Part shown: positions 9,888 through 20,011 of the stretch, one piece after another
Layout of the letters: every line of letters starts with the position of its first letter
Position numbering within the stretch: position 1 is the stretch's first letter
Assembly (NCBI GenBank): GCA_963803435.1
Contig: CAWDML010000009.1
Span: 1,408,001 to 1,472,000, forward strand
Length of the DNA: 64,000 nt
Direction: 5' to 3'
Source of the DNA: an uncultured delta proteobacterium
GTDB lineage: Bacteria > Myxococcota > Kuafuiibacteriia > Kuafuiibacteriales > Kuafuiibacteriaceae
Made by a program: the position numbers and the translations under genes
The notes under the pieces: model-generated
The model's database searches: none
What the model saw: the letters and a program-made list of their open reading frames with translations, nothing else
What the model was told of the DNA's origin: nothing

Positions 9888-11278
9888 GCCTCGCTCTCCG
9901 TCTCGGTGGTCGGAGAGAGCATGCCGTGGATCAGCTTCACGCGGCGTGCGAGGTCGTCGCCCTTGCGCTGCCCCAGATATTCGGTGGCCTGAAACAACAC
10001 GAAGAACATCAGCTCCGAGAGCGCGTCGGAGATCTCCTGGACACCGAGGCCGCTGGAGGTCGCCGGGCCGAGGAGCGAGGCCTCGTCGATCGTCCCGTCG
10101 GGATAGAGCGCGACGTGCGCCAGCACTTCGGTCTCGGTGTTCTCGGGATCTCGGAGGAAGCTCTGCACCGAGTCCGCCAGCGCGTGGATCTGGCCCGCGC
10201 GCTTCATCTCGGCATACATCTCCTTGAGGCCCATCGAGTAGATGTTGATGACCTCGTGGGCCTCCGCCTGCGAGAGGGTGGCGCGGCGGGGGATGGGGCC
10301 GCTGCCTGAGGTCTGGGCCAGCTCGACCAGCTTCGCCTTCAGGAGGTGATGCACCAAGCGGGTGGCCTCGAACTCCCCGAGCCCGAGCTGCCGCATGACC
10401 TCGTGGATCGTCAGCGGCGAGGTGAGCTGCGTGAGGAGGGCGCTGGCGTGGCTCCGCACGCCCTTGTCGATCTTGGAGATCAGGTCCGCCTCGGCTTCAG
10501 GCGCGAGGCCGCGCACCCGATGGACCAGCGCATCGGCGGATCGAATCTTCTGCCGGTAGTGGCGCATCTCGTCGAGGCGGCGGAGCGCGTCGACCAGGAG
10601 CCCCTGGGTCGAAAGATGGATCTGCGAATCGGCGAGCACCTCGGAGGAGAGCCGCGCGAAGAACCACATGCCGCTCTCGCTCGACAGCATGCGGTTGAAG
10701 ATCTCCGTCAACTGGGCTTGCACCATGCTCCACAGCTCGTGCGATGCGAGGTAGCCCCGCTCGACGCAGGCCTGACCCAGCTTGCGGGCGCCGTCGGCGA
10801 TCGCGACCTGGAGCTGGTCGCGCGTGATCTTGCCGCGGCGAAGGAGGAACTCGCCCAGGCGATCCTCGGGCGAGGTGGAGGCCGCCCAGACAACGTCGCC
10901 GTTGTAGAAGAAGACCGAGCGCTCCACGTCCTCGGGGGTGGCGACCGTCAGCGCGCCGGTGGCGGCGGCCTGGGCGAAGAAGCCGATGATGTCGATGAGC
11001 GACAGGCCGGTCTCGCTGATCGTGCCGGCGGCGACCACCTCTCGCGCGCGGCTCTTGGTCAGGCTCGCGGTCGGCCCCAGCGAGCGAAAGACCGCCCAGC
11101 CCGGACCCGTCGGGAGGACCTCGGCCTGCTTGAGCCGCTCTCGCAGGATCTCGCGGGTGGCCTGGGCGGGCGCGCGCAGGCGCCCGTCCGCCGTGAGCTC
11201 CACCATCAAACGTGTGTCGTCGGTGAGTCGCTCGAGGTCGTCGGTCATCGCCTCGAGGACTTCATCTCCTCCGCTCAA
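9884..11278 (-). CDS. DUF4388 (PATAN-like) domain protein
   Basis: SLIDIIGFFAQAAATGALTV...SVFFYNGDVVWAAS...DRLGEFLLRRGKIT...TQGLLVDALRRLDE is typical of myxobacterial DUF4388 proteins. Confidence 0.8.
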   Translation of the reverse strand: MSGGDEVLEAMTDDLERLTDDTRLMVELTADGRLRAPAQATREILRERLKQAEVLPTGPGWAVFRSLGPTASLTKSRAREVVAAGTISETGLSLIDIIGFFAQAAATGALTVATPEDVERSVFFYNGDVVWAASTSPEDRLGEFLLRRGKITRDQLQVAIADGARKLGQACVERGYLASHELWSMVQAQLTEIFNRMLSSESGMWFFARLSSEVLADSQIHLSTQGLLVDALRRLDEMRHYRQKIRSADALVHRVRGLAPEAEADLISKIDKGVRSHASALLTQLTSPLTIHEVMRQLGLGEFEATRLVHHLLKAKLVELAQTSGSGPIPRRATLSQAEAHEVINIYSMGLKEMYAEMKRAGQIHALADSVQSFLRDPENTETEVLAHVALYPDGTIDEASLLGPATSSGLGVQEISDALSELMFFVLFQATEYLGQRKGDDLARRVKLIHGMLSPTTETESEA

Positions 11279-11287
11279 GCGCGCGCC

Positions 11288-12118
11288 TCACAGCTTCTTG
11301 TCCAGCGTGATCTTGACGTCGGTCGAGCCGGCCTTGATCCCCGACGCCGGCGATCCGTTCATCAGGTCGCCCGGTGCCTTGGTCATGGCATTGCCATCCT
11401 GATCGAGGCGCACGTAGAGATCGAACGGACCCACGAACGGGATCCCGGGCATCATCACGTCGGATGCGGCGATCTGGAACGAGGCGGGAAACTTCGGATT
11501 GTCGATCTTCCGCACGGCCAGCGGCGGCCCTTGATTCGGCATCCCTTGGTTCCGAACCACGATGAAGAGCGTTCCGCCGGAGGCGCTGCCCTGGAGGCTC
11601 GGGTCCACCACGATCTCGCCCTTGATCGGATCGCCGCTCGGCATCGCCGGATCCGCGGAGGGCGGCGGCGGTTGCCCCATCGCCGGCGGCGGCCCGCCTG
11701 CGAACGGGCTCATCTCCTTCGGCTTGCCTTTGTTCACCACGTACATCGCCACGCCCATCACCGCGATCACCGCGATGAACAGGGCCGCGTTCGCGGACAT
11801 GTTGGACGTCGGCTTCTTCGCCGGCAGCTTCGCCTTCTCGCTGTCGAGCAGGTCGCGCTTCGCCTTCTTGTCGTGCGACTTCGCGACGCTCGGCGTCGCG
11901 CCGTTCTTGGGCGCGTCCGCGCGCGCGCCGACCAGCTTGGTGCCGCAGCTCGGGCAGAACTTCGAATCGGGATCGACATCCACCTCACATTTCGGGCACT
12001 TGGGCGGGGGTGCGATCGACGCGCCGCACGCCTTACAGAATTGGGCCATGGGCAGATTGGGCGTCGAGCACTCCGTACAGCTCCGCGCGCCTGTCTGGGT
12101 CCCCTGGGATGCCTCCAT
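11288..12118 (-). CDS. Double zinc-ribbon protein with TM helix and CcmI/CycH C-terminal-like periplasmic domain
   Basis: Four CxxC pairs (CTEC, CKAC, CPKC, CPSC), one TM, a Pro linker, then TLFIVVR...GPPLAVRK...DVMMPG...VRLDQDGNA. Confidence 0.8.
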   Translation of the reverse strand: MEASQGTQTGARSCTECSTPNLPMAQFCKACGASIAPPPKCPKCEVDVDPDSKFCPSCGTKLVGARADAPKNGATPSVAKSHDKKAKRDLLDSEKAKLPAKKPTSNMSANAALFIAVIAVMGVAMYVVNKGKPKEMSPFAGGPPPAMGQPPPPSADPAMPSGDPIKGEIVVDPSLQGSASGGTLFIVVRNQGMPNQGPPLAVRKIDNPKFPASFQIAASDVMMPGIPFVGPFDLYVRLDQDGNAMTKAPGDLMNGSPASGIKAGSTDVKITLDKKL

Positions 12119-12193
12119 GGGGCGAATCTAGCTCAGGAATCGGCGCCAGGAAATCAATCGCTGGAACGGAGGTGCCAGTGACCGACCCGGGCC

Positions 12194-12450
12194 TTGTCCC
12201 GCAAAGCTCCTCTGGCGCGATTACCACGTCCCCATTGGAGGCCAATGACCTTGGTACATGTGTTCGAGCAATCCCTTGGGGCCCAAATGTACGGTTATAC
12301 TCATGACAGCAACCCATTGGGGCTCAACGTGTTGCAGGACATTCTCAAATAAAATGCTTGGCGCTCACTGTGGAGCGCTCGAAAAGGGGATCGGATCCTT
12401 GGGGCTCAGGGTCTTCAGGCCCACGCGTTTTGCAAACGGCTGGCGCGCAC
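12194..12450. repeat. Array of seven 11-bp pseudo-palindromic boxes (consensus TTGGGGCTCAA) with an exact 41-bp period
   Basis: Boxes start at 12194, 12235, 12276, 12317, 12358, 12399 and 12440, each separated by a different 30-bp spacer. Confidence 0.85.
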
Positions 12451-12577
12451 TCGGGATCGTTTGTGGAAAAAGAACACGCCCGCGTGCGACTTGGACACCC
12501 GCGCGACTGACCGATGCAGAAACGTCGTGCTGATTCGAGCCCTTGAGAGGCAGCGCCGCTTTTGTGACCCTTTTCCT

Positions 12578-12606
12578 TTGACGCCCGATCCGGCGGATCG
12601 GACCTT
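12578..12606 (+). promoter_or_regulatory. Putative sigma70-type promoter with a palindrome in the spacer
   Basis: TTGACG (12578-12583), 17 bp, GACCTT (12601-12606, weak -10). Inverted repeat CCGATCC-GGC-GGATCGG at 12585-12601. Predicted +1 is near 12613, the first base of the RNA closing helix. Confidence 0.5.
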
Positions 12607-12612
12607 CGATCC

Positions 12613-13252
12613 TGCGAGCGACGCGGGGACGATCTTCGCGTTGAGCCCGCCGGCGGTCGGCGGAGTGACCCGGGGCCCTCCGGGTCAATCCGCTGCGTCG
12701 GGGGCAGAGAACCTCAAGAGGGATGTCGGACCGAGAGCGGAAAGACGCACCACGCGGTCTGTCGAGACTTCGGGGCGCAGTGGGTGAGGCTCACCGAGGA
12801 CCGGGGACGGGATTCGCGGCGATCGACGCGGGGACAGCGCTCCGAAACGGCGAGGTGATCCACGAAGCGTGTGGGAGGAGGCCTGAGGCCACTGCCGCGT
12901 ATTGGAACAAACCCTGTAGAGGCGGTGCCTGGGAGCGAGCGACGATCGGGCGGACCGAGGGGTGCCGGGAGGGCGCTGCGTTGGTTGCCAAGTCGCACGG
13001 AGATCCGACGCGAGGAGGTAGCGGTGGAGGTCCGCGCCCCTTCTTCCGTTCGATCGTCGAACGCTCATTCAACCCCATGAGAGGTGGTCGTGCCGGTCCA
13101 GAAGCCGGCACCGGCCGGTTCGGGCGGGCGCTGAAGAGGGCGGAGGAACGCCTCCGCAACCTCACGAGCGCCAGGCGCGATGGGTCCGCGCGCGCCCGAT
13201 CCGGTGGGATCTCTGAAGGGGAGAGGCGGAGCCCGTGACCGCGTCGCTCGCA
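12613..13252 (+). ncRNA. Candidate large (~640 nt) structured non-coding RNA of unassigned class
   Basis: Perfect 14-bp terminal helix 12613-12626/13239-13252, three further nested long-range helices and many local hairpins. G-U pairs work on the + strand. No credible CDS covers the region. Confidence 0.65.
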
Positions 13253-13275
13253 CGTTTGTAACCGAGCAGGTATGG

Positions 13276-14739
13276 ATGGCCGGGGTGAGGCCGCTCTGCA
13301 TCGCGCTTCTCCTCACGGCCGGCTGTCCGGACTCGACCCCGCCGTCGACCCCGCCGCCCCAGCCGCAAACGCCGTCGCTCTCTCCGGCCGAGAAGGCCGA
13401 CACGCGCTTCATGAAGATCCGAGCGCTCCTCCAGGAGAAGCCGGAGTCGCGACGGCGCGCGGTCGAGCTCTTCCCGCTGGTGAAGCCGATCTGTGAGGAC
13501 GAGAGCGAGCGCGCCGCCTTCATCGCGACGGCGAAGTGGTCGGCCTCCTTCTCCAGCACCGAGGTCTACGAGACGAAGACGCTGGCGGGCGACGTCATCG
13601 AGCACGTCGCCACCACCTGCTTTCGCGACCACCCGAAGGAGACCTTCGCGCTGCTCGACGAAGCGAAGGCCGCCATCCCCGACATGGTTCGGTTCGACCT
13701 GATCCGCGCCCGGTTGGCGGCCACCTCGGGCGACTTCGAGACCGCGCTCGCCTCCGCGCAGGTGGCCCGGGCGGCGGGCTCGATCCACGCGCTGGCGCTG
13801 ACCGCAAACATCCAGGCCCAGCTCGCGCGGAACCGAGCGGTCGGCTACCGGCCGGGAATGCTCGACGAGGCAATCGCGACGGTCGGCGCCGAGCCCGACA
13901 ACACCTGGCCGCTCGTCAATCTGGCCGCCGTCCTCTCCACGCGCGCGCGCCTCCTCACCGAGCGCGCCGTCTGGGAGAACGGCGACGACGCGAAGAAGAC
14001 GTTGCTCCTCGCCGACGCCGCCTACGAGCGGCTCAGTCACTCACCGTTCATCGAGAACATCCGCACGCGGGCGCAGGACGTGCTGTGTTTCAACGCGATC
14101 GAGGGCGGGCTCCCGCCGCTGCCCTGCAAGCGGGCGGCGGAGGCGGAGCACCACCTGGGGGCGGCCTTCGCTGCCGGGATCGAGCTCGGCGAGGGCTTCG
14201 ATCAGAAGCGCTTCTCCGCGATCGAGCAGGCCGCCCGGCGGATCGAGGAGATGCCGCCGAAGCGCGTGGTGGTGATCGTCGCGCGCGGGGACGAGTCGGA
14301 GCTCATCGAGTGGGCCCGCCCGGCGGCGCGGTACCTCGGCCGCATCGCCGTCCGGAGGCCGCGCGTGATCGCGGTCGATCGGACCGAGAGCGATCGGGCC
14401 CACGCGCTCTTCCAGCGGATCTTGGCGCTGGCTGGGATCGAGCCGGAGGTGCGCATCGAGGCCGACTCCACGTTCGCCATGCCGTGCCTGACGGCCGTGA
14501 TCGCGAAGCGGAAGACGCCGCAAGCCTGCCCGCTGGAGGCGGCGCAGGTGTCGAAGCTGGGGAGGATGACCGACTTCGGGGTGGCCGTGCTGATCGGGCG
14601 CGACCTCGACGCGGAGATCGACGATCTCCACCTCTACCAGCTCGAGGCCGTCCTGCTGTCGTTCCGGCAATCGCGCATGGAGAAGGGGATCGACGCTTGG
14701 CTGAAGAGCGTCTCAGACGTGTTGATCACCGGGCGCTGA
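13276..14739 (+). CDS. Hypothetical lipoprotein (helical/TPR-like N-terminal half, alpha/beta C-terminal domain)
   Basis: ATG 13276 gives MAGVRPLCIALLLTAGC (lipobox) followed by a Pro linker. Confidence 0.7.
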   Translation: MAGVRPLCIALLLTAGCPDSTPPSTPPPQPQTPSLSPAEKADTRFMKIRALLQEKPESRRRAVELFPLVKPICEDESERAAFIATAKWSASFSSTEVYETKTLAGDVIEHVATTCFRDHPKETFALLDEAKAAIPDMVRFDLIRARLAATSGDFETALASAQVARAAGSIHALALTANIQAQLARNRAVGYRPGMLDEAIATVGAEPDNTWPLVNLAAVLSTRARLLTERAVWENGDDAKKTLLLADAAYERLSHSPFIENIRTRAQDVLCFNAIEGGLPPLPCKRAAEAEHHLGAAFAAGIELGEGFDQKRFSAIEQAARRIEEMPPKRVVVIVARGDESELIEWARPAARYLGRIAVRRPRVIAVDRTESDRAHALFQRILALAGIEPEVRIEADSTFAMPCLTAVIAKRKTPQACPLEAAQVSKLGRMTDFGVAVLIGRDLDAEIDDLHLYQLEAVLLSFRQSRMEKGIDAWLKSVSDVLITGR

Positions 14740-15728
14740 GCGCTGCCCTCCTGCTGGTCGCGCTCAACTCCGCCGCGCCGGCGCGCGCGCAGGGCCGGCC
14801 GCCTCGGGAGCGCGGAGTGGCGCTCGGCCTGTTCTCCGCGGACCCGCAGTACCGCTATCGAATGTTGCTCGAGGAGATCCGCGGGCTCGGCGCCACGCAC
14901 GTCACGATCGACTGGGTCTGGTGGCAGGATACGATCCGCGAGAACGAGGTCCGTCCGGTGGCCGGCTGGTCCGCCACCGACGCGCAGATCCTCGATGCCA
15001 TTCGCGCGGCCAAGGCGCTCGGCCTGCACGTGACGGCGTTCCCGATCCTGCGCCTCGTCCACAGCAAGGCCGGCGAGTGGCGTGGGCGCATCGATCCGAA
15101 GGACCTGGATCGGTGGTGGGACAGCTATGCGCAGTTCATCCTGCACGCGACGGAGCTCTCGGTCCGCGCCGGGGCCGACCGGATCTCGATCGGCAGCGAG
15201 CTGCTCTCGCGTGAGAGCGAGCGCGATCGCTGGAAGGCGCTGATCGACCGTGTGCGCATCACAGCCCCCGAGATGGAGGTGATGTACAGCGCGAACTGGG
15301 ATCACTTCGAGGCGGTCAGCTTCTGGGACCTGGTCGACGTCGTCGGCATGACCGCCTACTGGGAGCTCACGCGGGACCTCGACGCCAGCACCCGGGATCT
15401 CACAGTGGCCTGGGAGAACGTGAAGCCCTCGGTGCTCGCCTTCTCCCGGAGGCTCGAGAGGCCGCTCGTGTTCACCGAGATTGGCTACCCGAGCCTGGAC
15501 GGGGGCGCGGCGTGGCCCTGGGACGAGACCCGGAAGGCGCGGGTCGATCAGGAGGAGCAGCGCCGCGCGTACCTTGCCTTCACGCGCGCGTGGTCCGACA
15601 CCGCTGCGCTCGCGGGCGTGTATTTCTGGAACTGGTTCGGAGCGGGCGGGCCCGAGGACACCAACTACACACCGCGCCGCAAGCCCGCGGAGAGCGTGAT
15701 CCGCGATTGGTACGGATCGCCGAAGTAG
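14736..15728 (+). CDS. Secreted glycoside hydrolase, GH113-like TIM barrel
   Basis: WRGRIDP, IGSEL (acid/base Glu), YSANWD, FTEIGYPS (nucleophile Glu), YFWNW. Start is uncertain; CTG 14736 overlaps the upstream TGA. Confidence 0.75.
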   Translation: MSAALLLVALNSAAPARAQGRPPRERGVALGLFSADPQYRYRMLLEEIRGLGATHVTIDWVWWQDTIRENEVRPVAGWSATDAQILDAIRAAKALGLHVTAFPILRLVHSKAGEWRGRIDPKDLDRWWDSYAQFILHATELSVRAGADRISIGSELLSRESERDRWKALIDRVRITAPEMEVMYSANWDHFEAVSFWDLVDVVGMTAYWELTRDLDASTRDLTVAWENVKPSVLAFSRRLERPLVFTEIGYPSLDGGAAWPWDETRKARVDQEEQRRAYLAFTRAWSDTAALAGVYFWNWFGAGGPEDTNYTPRRKPAESVIRDWYGSPK

Positions 15729-15742
15729 CATAGGTTTCGCGG

Positions 15743-17044
15743 GTGTCGGAGCGGCGCATCATCCGGGGAGCGTCGGTGGTCGCGCTCGACGGCCGGCGCA
15801 CGGTTCGCAAGACTGACCTTCTCATCGAGGAGGGCAAGATCGCGGCGACCGGCGGCGTCGACAGCGCCGAGGCCCTCCTGACCGACGTGCGCGGCGTGGT
15901 CATCCCCGGGCTGGTGCAAGCGACCTTGCACCTCACCGACGCGCTGCTCGACCAAGGTTTCGTCGCCAGCGTCGACCCTCGGGTGTTCGAGCGGATCCAG
16001 GTGCCGGCTTGGCGGGCCTCGATAGGAGAGGAGGCGCTCCGGGTCTGTACAGCCGCCGGGATCTCGCGCGCATTGGCCCGCGGCGTCACCGCGTTCGCGG
16101 ACGCTTCGGTGATCCATCGGGGGATCGCGGTCGAGGCCGCGCGCGCCTATGGGGTCCGCTTCGTCTTGTGCGTCGACGCCCACCGTCCCCACTTCGAGCG
16201 GGAGCTGGAGCTGCTGGCGCAGACGAACGCCGACGACGCGATCCGACCCGGGCTCTCCGTCGACGCGGCGGCGGCCTCGACGCGCCTCCTCCGGCGGGTC
16301 GGCCACGCCGCGGAGGCCTGCGCGTCGCCGATCTTGGCCCGAGGCGGCGGCTTGACCGGGGCCCGCTCCGCGGTGGCCAAGCTGCGGAGGGCGGGCGCGC
16401 TCGGTGCACGGCTGATGCTCCACGGCGCTCGCGATCTCGACGCCTACTGCGCTCACGCCCTCGGCGACGCGCGCGCCACGCTCGCCCTCAGCCCCGGCGA
16501 CGACCTCTTGATCGGCGCACCGCCCCCGCCGATGGACCTCCTGCTCGAGCATCGCGTTCGGGTCGCGATCGGCTCCGGCGGCAACGCCTCCCGCCTCGGC
16601 TTCGATCCGTTCGCCGAGGCGCGCCTCCTCCTGCGCTTCCTCGAGGGCCGCGTCGAGCAGCCCGCCACCTACGCCCTCGACGCCATCGGGCCGAACGGCG
16701 CCATGGGCCTCGGCATCCCGGTCGGCTCAATCGAGGCCGGCAAGTCGGCCAATCTGGTCCTCCTCGACGTCGAGGCCGAGCCCCAGGAGCCCTACGAGGA
16801 AGTGGCGCGCCGGATCCTCGAGCAGGGCGGCCCGGCCACCGTGCGAACCGTCTGGATCGCCGGCCGCGTGGTCGCCTCCGAGGGACGCCCGCGCCTGGCC
16901 AATCCTCCGGACGGCGACGAGGAGGCCCAGCTCCGCGCCGCACTCTTGCCCCGCGTGAAGGCCGAGGAGGAGCGACGACAGGTCCGCCGCGCGCTGGGAT
17001 CGACGACGCGCGCGCTCTGGCGAGCGCGCGGTTGGCGGATCTAG
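15743..17044 (+). CDS. Amidohydrolase-superfamily protein with degenerate metal site
   Basis: LLIEEGKI, VVIPGLV, GSIEAGKSANLVLL, VRTVWIAG. The HxH motif reads ATLH and GTD reads GSG. Confidence 0.75.
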   Translation: MSERRIIRGASVVALDGRRTVRKTDLLIEEGKIAATGGVDSAEALLTDVRGVVIPGLVQATLHLTDALLDQGFVASVDPRVFERIQVPAWRASIGEEALRVCTAAGISRALARGVTAFADASVIHRGIAVEAARAYGVRFVLCVDAHRPHFERELELLAQTNADDAIRPGLSVDAAAASTRLLRRVGHAAEACASPILARGGGLTGARSAVAKLRRAGALGARLMLHGARDLDAYCAHALGDARATLALSPGDDLLIGAPPPPMDLLLEHRVRVAIGSGGNASRLGFDPFAEARLLLRFLEGRVEQPATYALDAIGPNGAMGLGIPVGSIEAGKSANLVLLDVEAEPQEPYEEVARRILEQGGPATVRTVWIAGRVVASEGRPRLANPPDGDEEAQLRAALLPRVKAEEERRQVRRALGSTTRALWRARGWRI

Positions 17045-17135
17045 GAGACTTGCTCCCGCTGGGGCTCGCAGTTTTCAGGTGCGAGCCGACCACCCGGCGA
17101 ATCACGGGGGCTCCGCAGACTTCGGCGCGGGGGCC

Positions 17136-18116
17136 TCAGCGGACCGCCACGGCTTCGAAGATGTCGAGGATCTTCGGCGATGTCTGATAGAGATCGAGCT
17201 CGTACTTCGGGTTGATGGCGAGGAATCTTTCGGAAGGTCGACTTGCTCGACGGGTAGTCGCCGAGGGCAATCTGGGCGAACGCGAGCACGCGCAGGAGCT
17301 CGATCCGGCTCTGGTCCCGGGCACCGTCGGCGTCGAGGAATGCCTTCTCGGCTGCGCCGGCGGCGGCCTGGTACTCGCCGTCGCCGTAGAGGCGCTCGGC
17401 GCGCTCGAGCTCCTCGCCGAGCTTCTTCGCCGAAACCTTCGAGCGGGCCTTGGGGGCGGTGTGGCGGGGCGCGGCGCGCGGTGGGGGCGCGCGCGGCTCC
17501 GGGGAGCGCGGCGGGGGGGCCTCCGCGATCGCCTTCTTGATGGAGAACGGCTCGCGGGCGTGGAGCGCCACGGTGTTGCGGGAGAAGTCGGATGTGTCGA
17601 GCGGGACGCGGATGGCGGCGCCGATGCGGATCGCCTCCGTCTCGAGCTTGTTATAGAGCATCAAGAGCCGGAATCCGACGGGGACCAGCGTCGCGATAGT
17701 AGAGGTTCGCGATCGAGTCGAGCGTCTCGCCGCGCTTGGCGATGTGCTTGAGCGACTGCACCACCTTGAAGCGCTTGCCCGCGCGGGGGAGCTTGCGATC
17801 GCGCCCTCGGAGGTTGTGGAGCTCGGCGAGGTATTCGGCGCGGCCGGGATCGTTGAGGTGCTCGGCGGCGAACTCGGCGAGCGACTGGTTCCGCTTGAGC
17901 GGCACCAGCTCGTAGGTGGGGATGATGATGGTCGTGCCCTCGCGCAGCGGCTCGGGACGGCGATTGAACATCCGGAGGTGCCGCTCGAGGTAACGGTGGC
18001 CGTAGTAGTGATCCGCGATGTCGGCGTACGTCTCGCCGGCGTCGGTCACTCGATGAAGGATGCCCTGGGTGTCGACGGGGGGCGCGGAGACCAGGATGGA
18101 GAGCGCGATGGCACAG

Positions 18117-18127
<11 letters not shown>
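17136..18127 (-). CDS. Secreted LysM-repeat protein with C-terminal TPR-like region, split by +1 frameshifts near 17673 and 17225
   Basis: GETYADIADHYYG and HIAKRGETLDSIANLYY are LysM-like. Deleting one base of each GATTC (17671-17675, 17223-17227) joins the three ORF pieces. Confidence 0.75.
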
Positions 18128-19883
<1,756 letters not shown>

Positions 19884-20011
19884 CGCGCCACCCTACTTTT
19901 CGATCCGGGCCGACGGCAAGCCCTCAGCCGCGCGCTTCGCCTGCGCGCGCGTGACGTTCTTGTCGCCCATGACGCAGAGTGTTACGTTTTTGGTTGCGTA
20001 GGCGCTTCTCG

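Noticed and set aside
12194-12450. CRISPR array
   Set aside because: Repeats are only 11 bp and degenerate, and no cas genes are in the window. Kept as an unexplained periodic array.
12613-13252. RNase P RNA, tmRNA, SRP RNA or group II intron
   Set aside because: Only loose look-alikes (GCGGAAAGAC, CAGAAGCCGGC, AGTCGCACG). The canonical GAGGAAAGTCC/CCGGCTTA, tRNA-like ends, SRP domain IV and intron domain V were not found. Needs cmscan to be final.
12613-13252. MITE bounded by the 14-bp inverted repeat
   Set aside because: No target-site duplication in the flanks, and nested helices with strand-specific G-U pairs fit an RNA better.
12258-13275. Short ORFs over the intergenic region (12258-12533, 12461-12787, 12723-13238) and the 13180 start
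   Set aside because: No native codon bias or motifs; the lipoprotein signal peptide begins at 13276.
19884-19970. Amber readthrough: ATG 19970 is in frame with the kinase across one TAG (similar TAG at 58943)
   Set aside because: TAG is the normal stop of several genes here (15728, 17044, 22165, 48602, 51743); coincidence or error is more likely.
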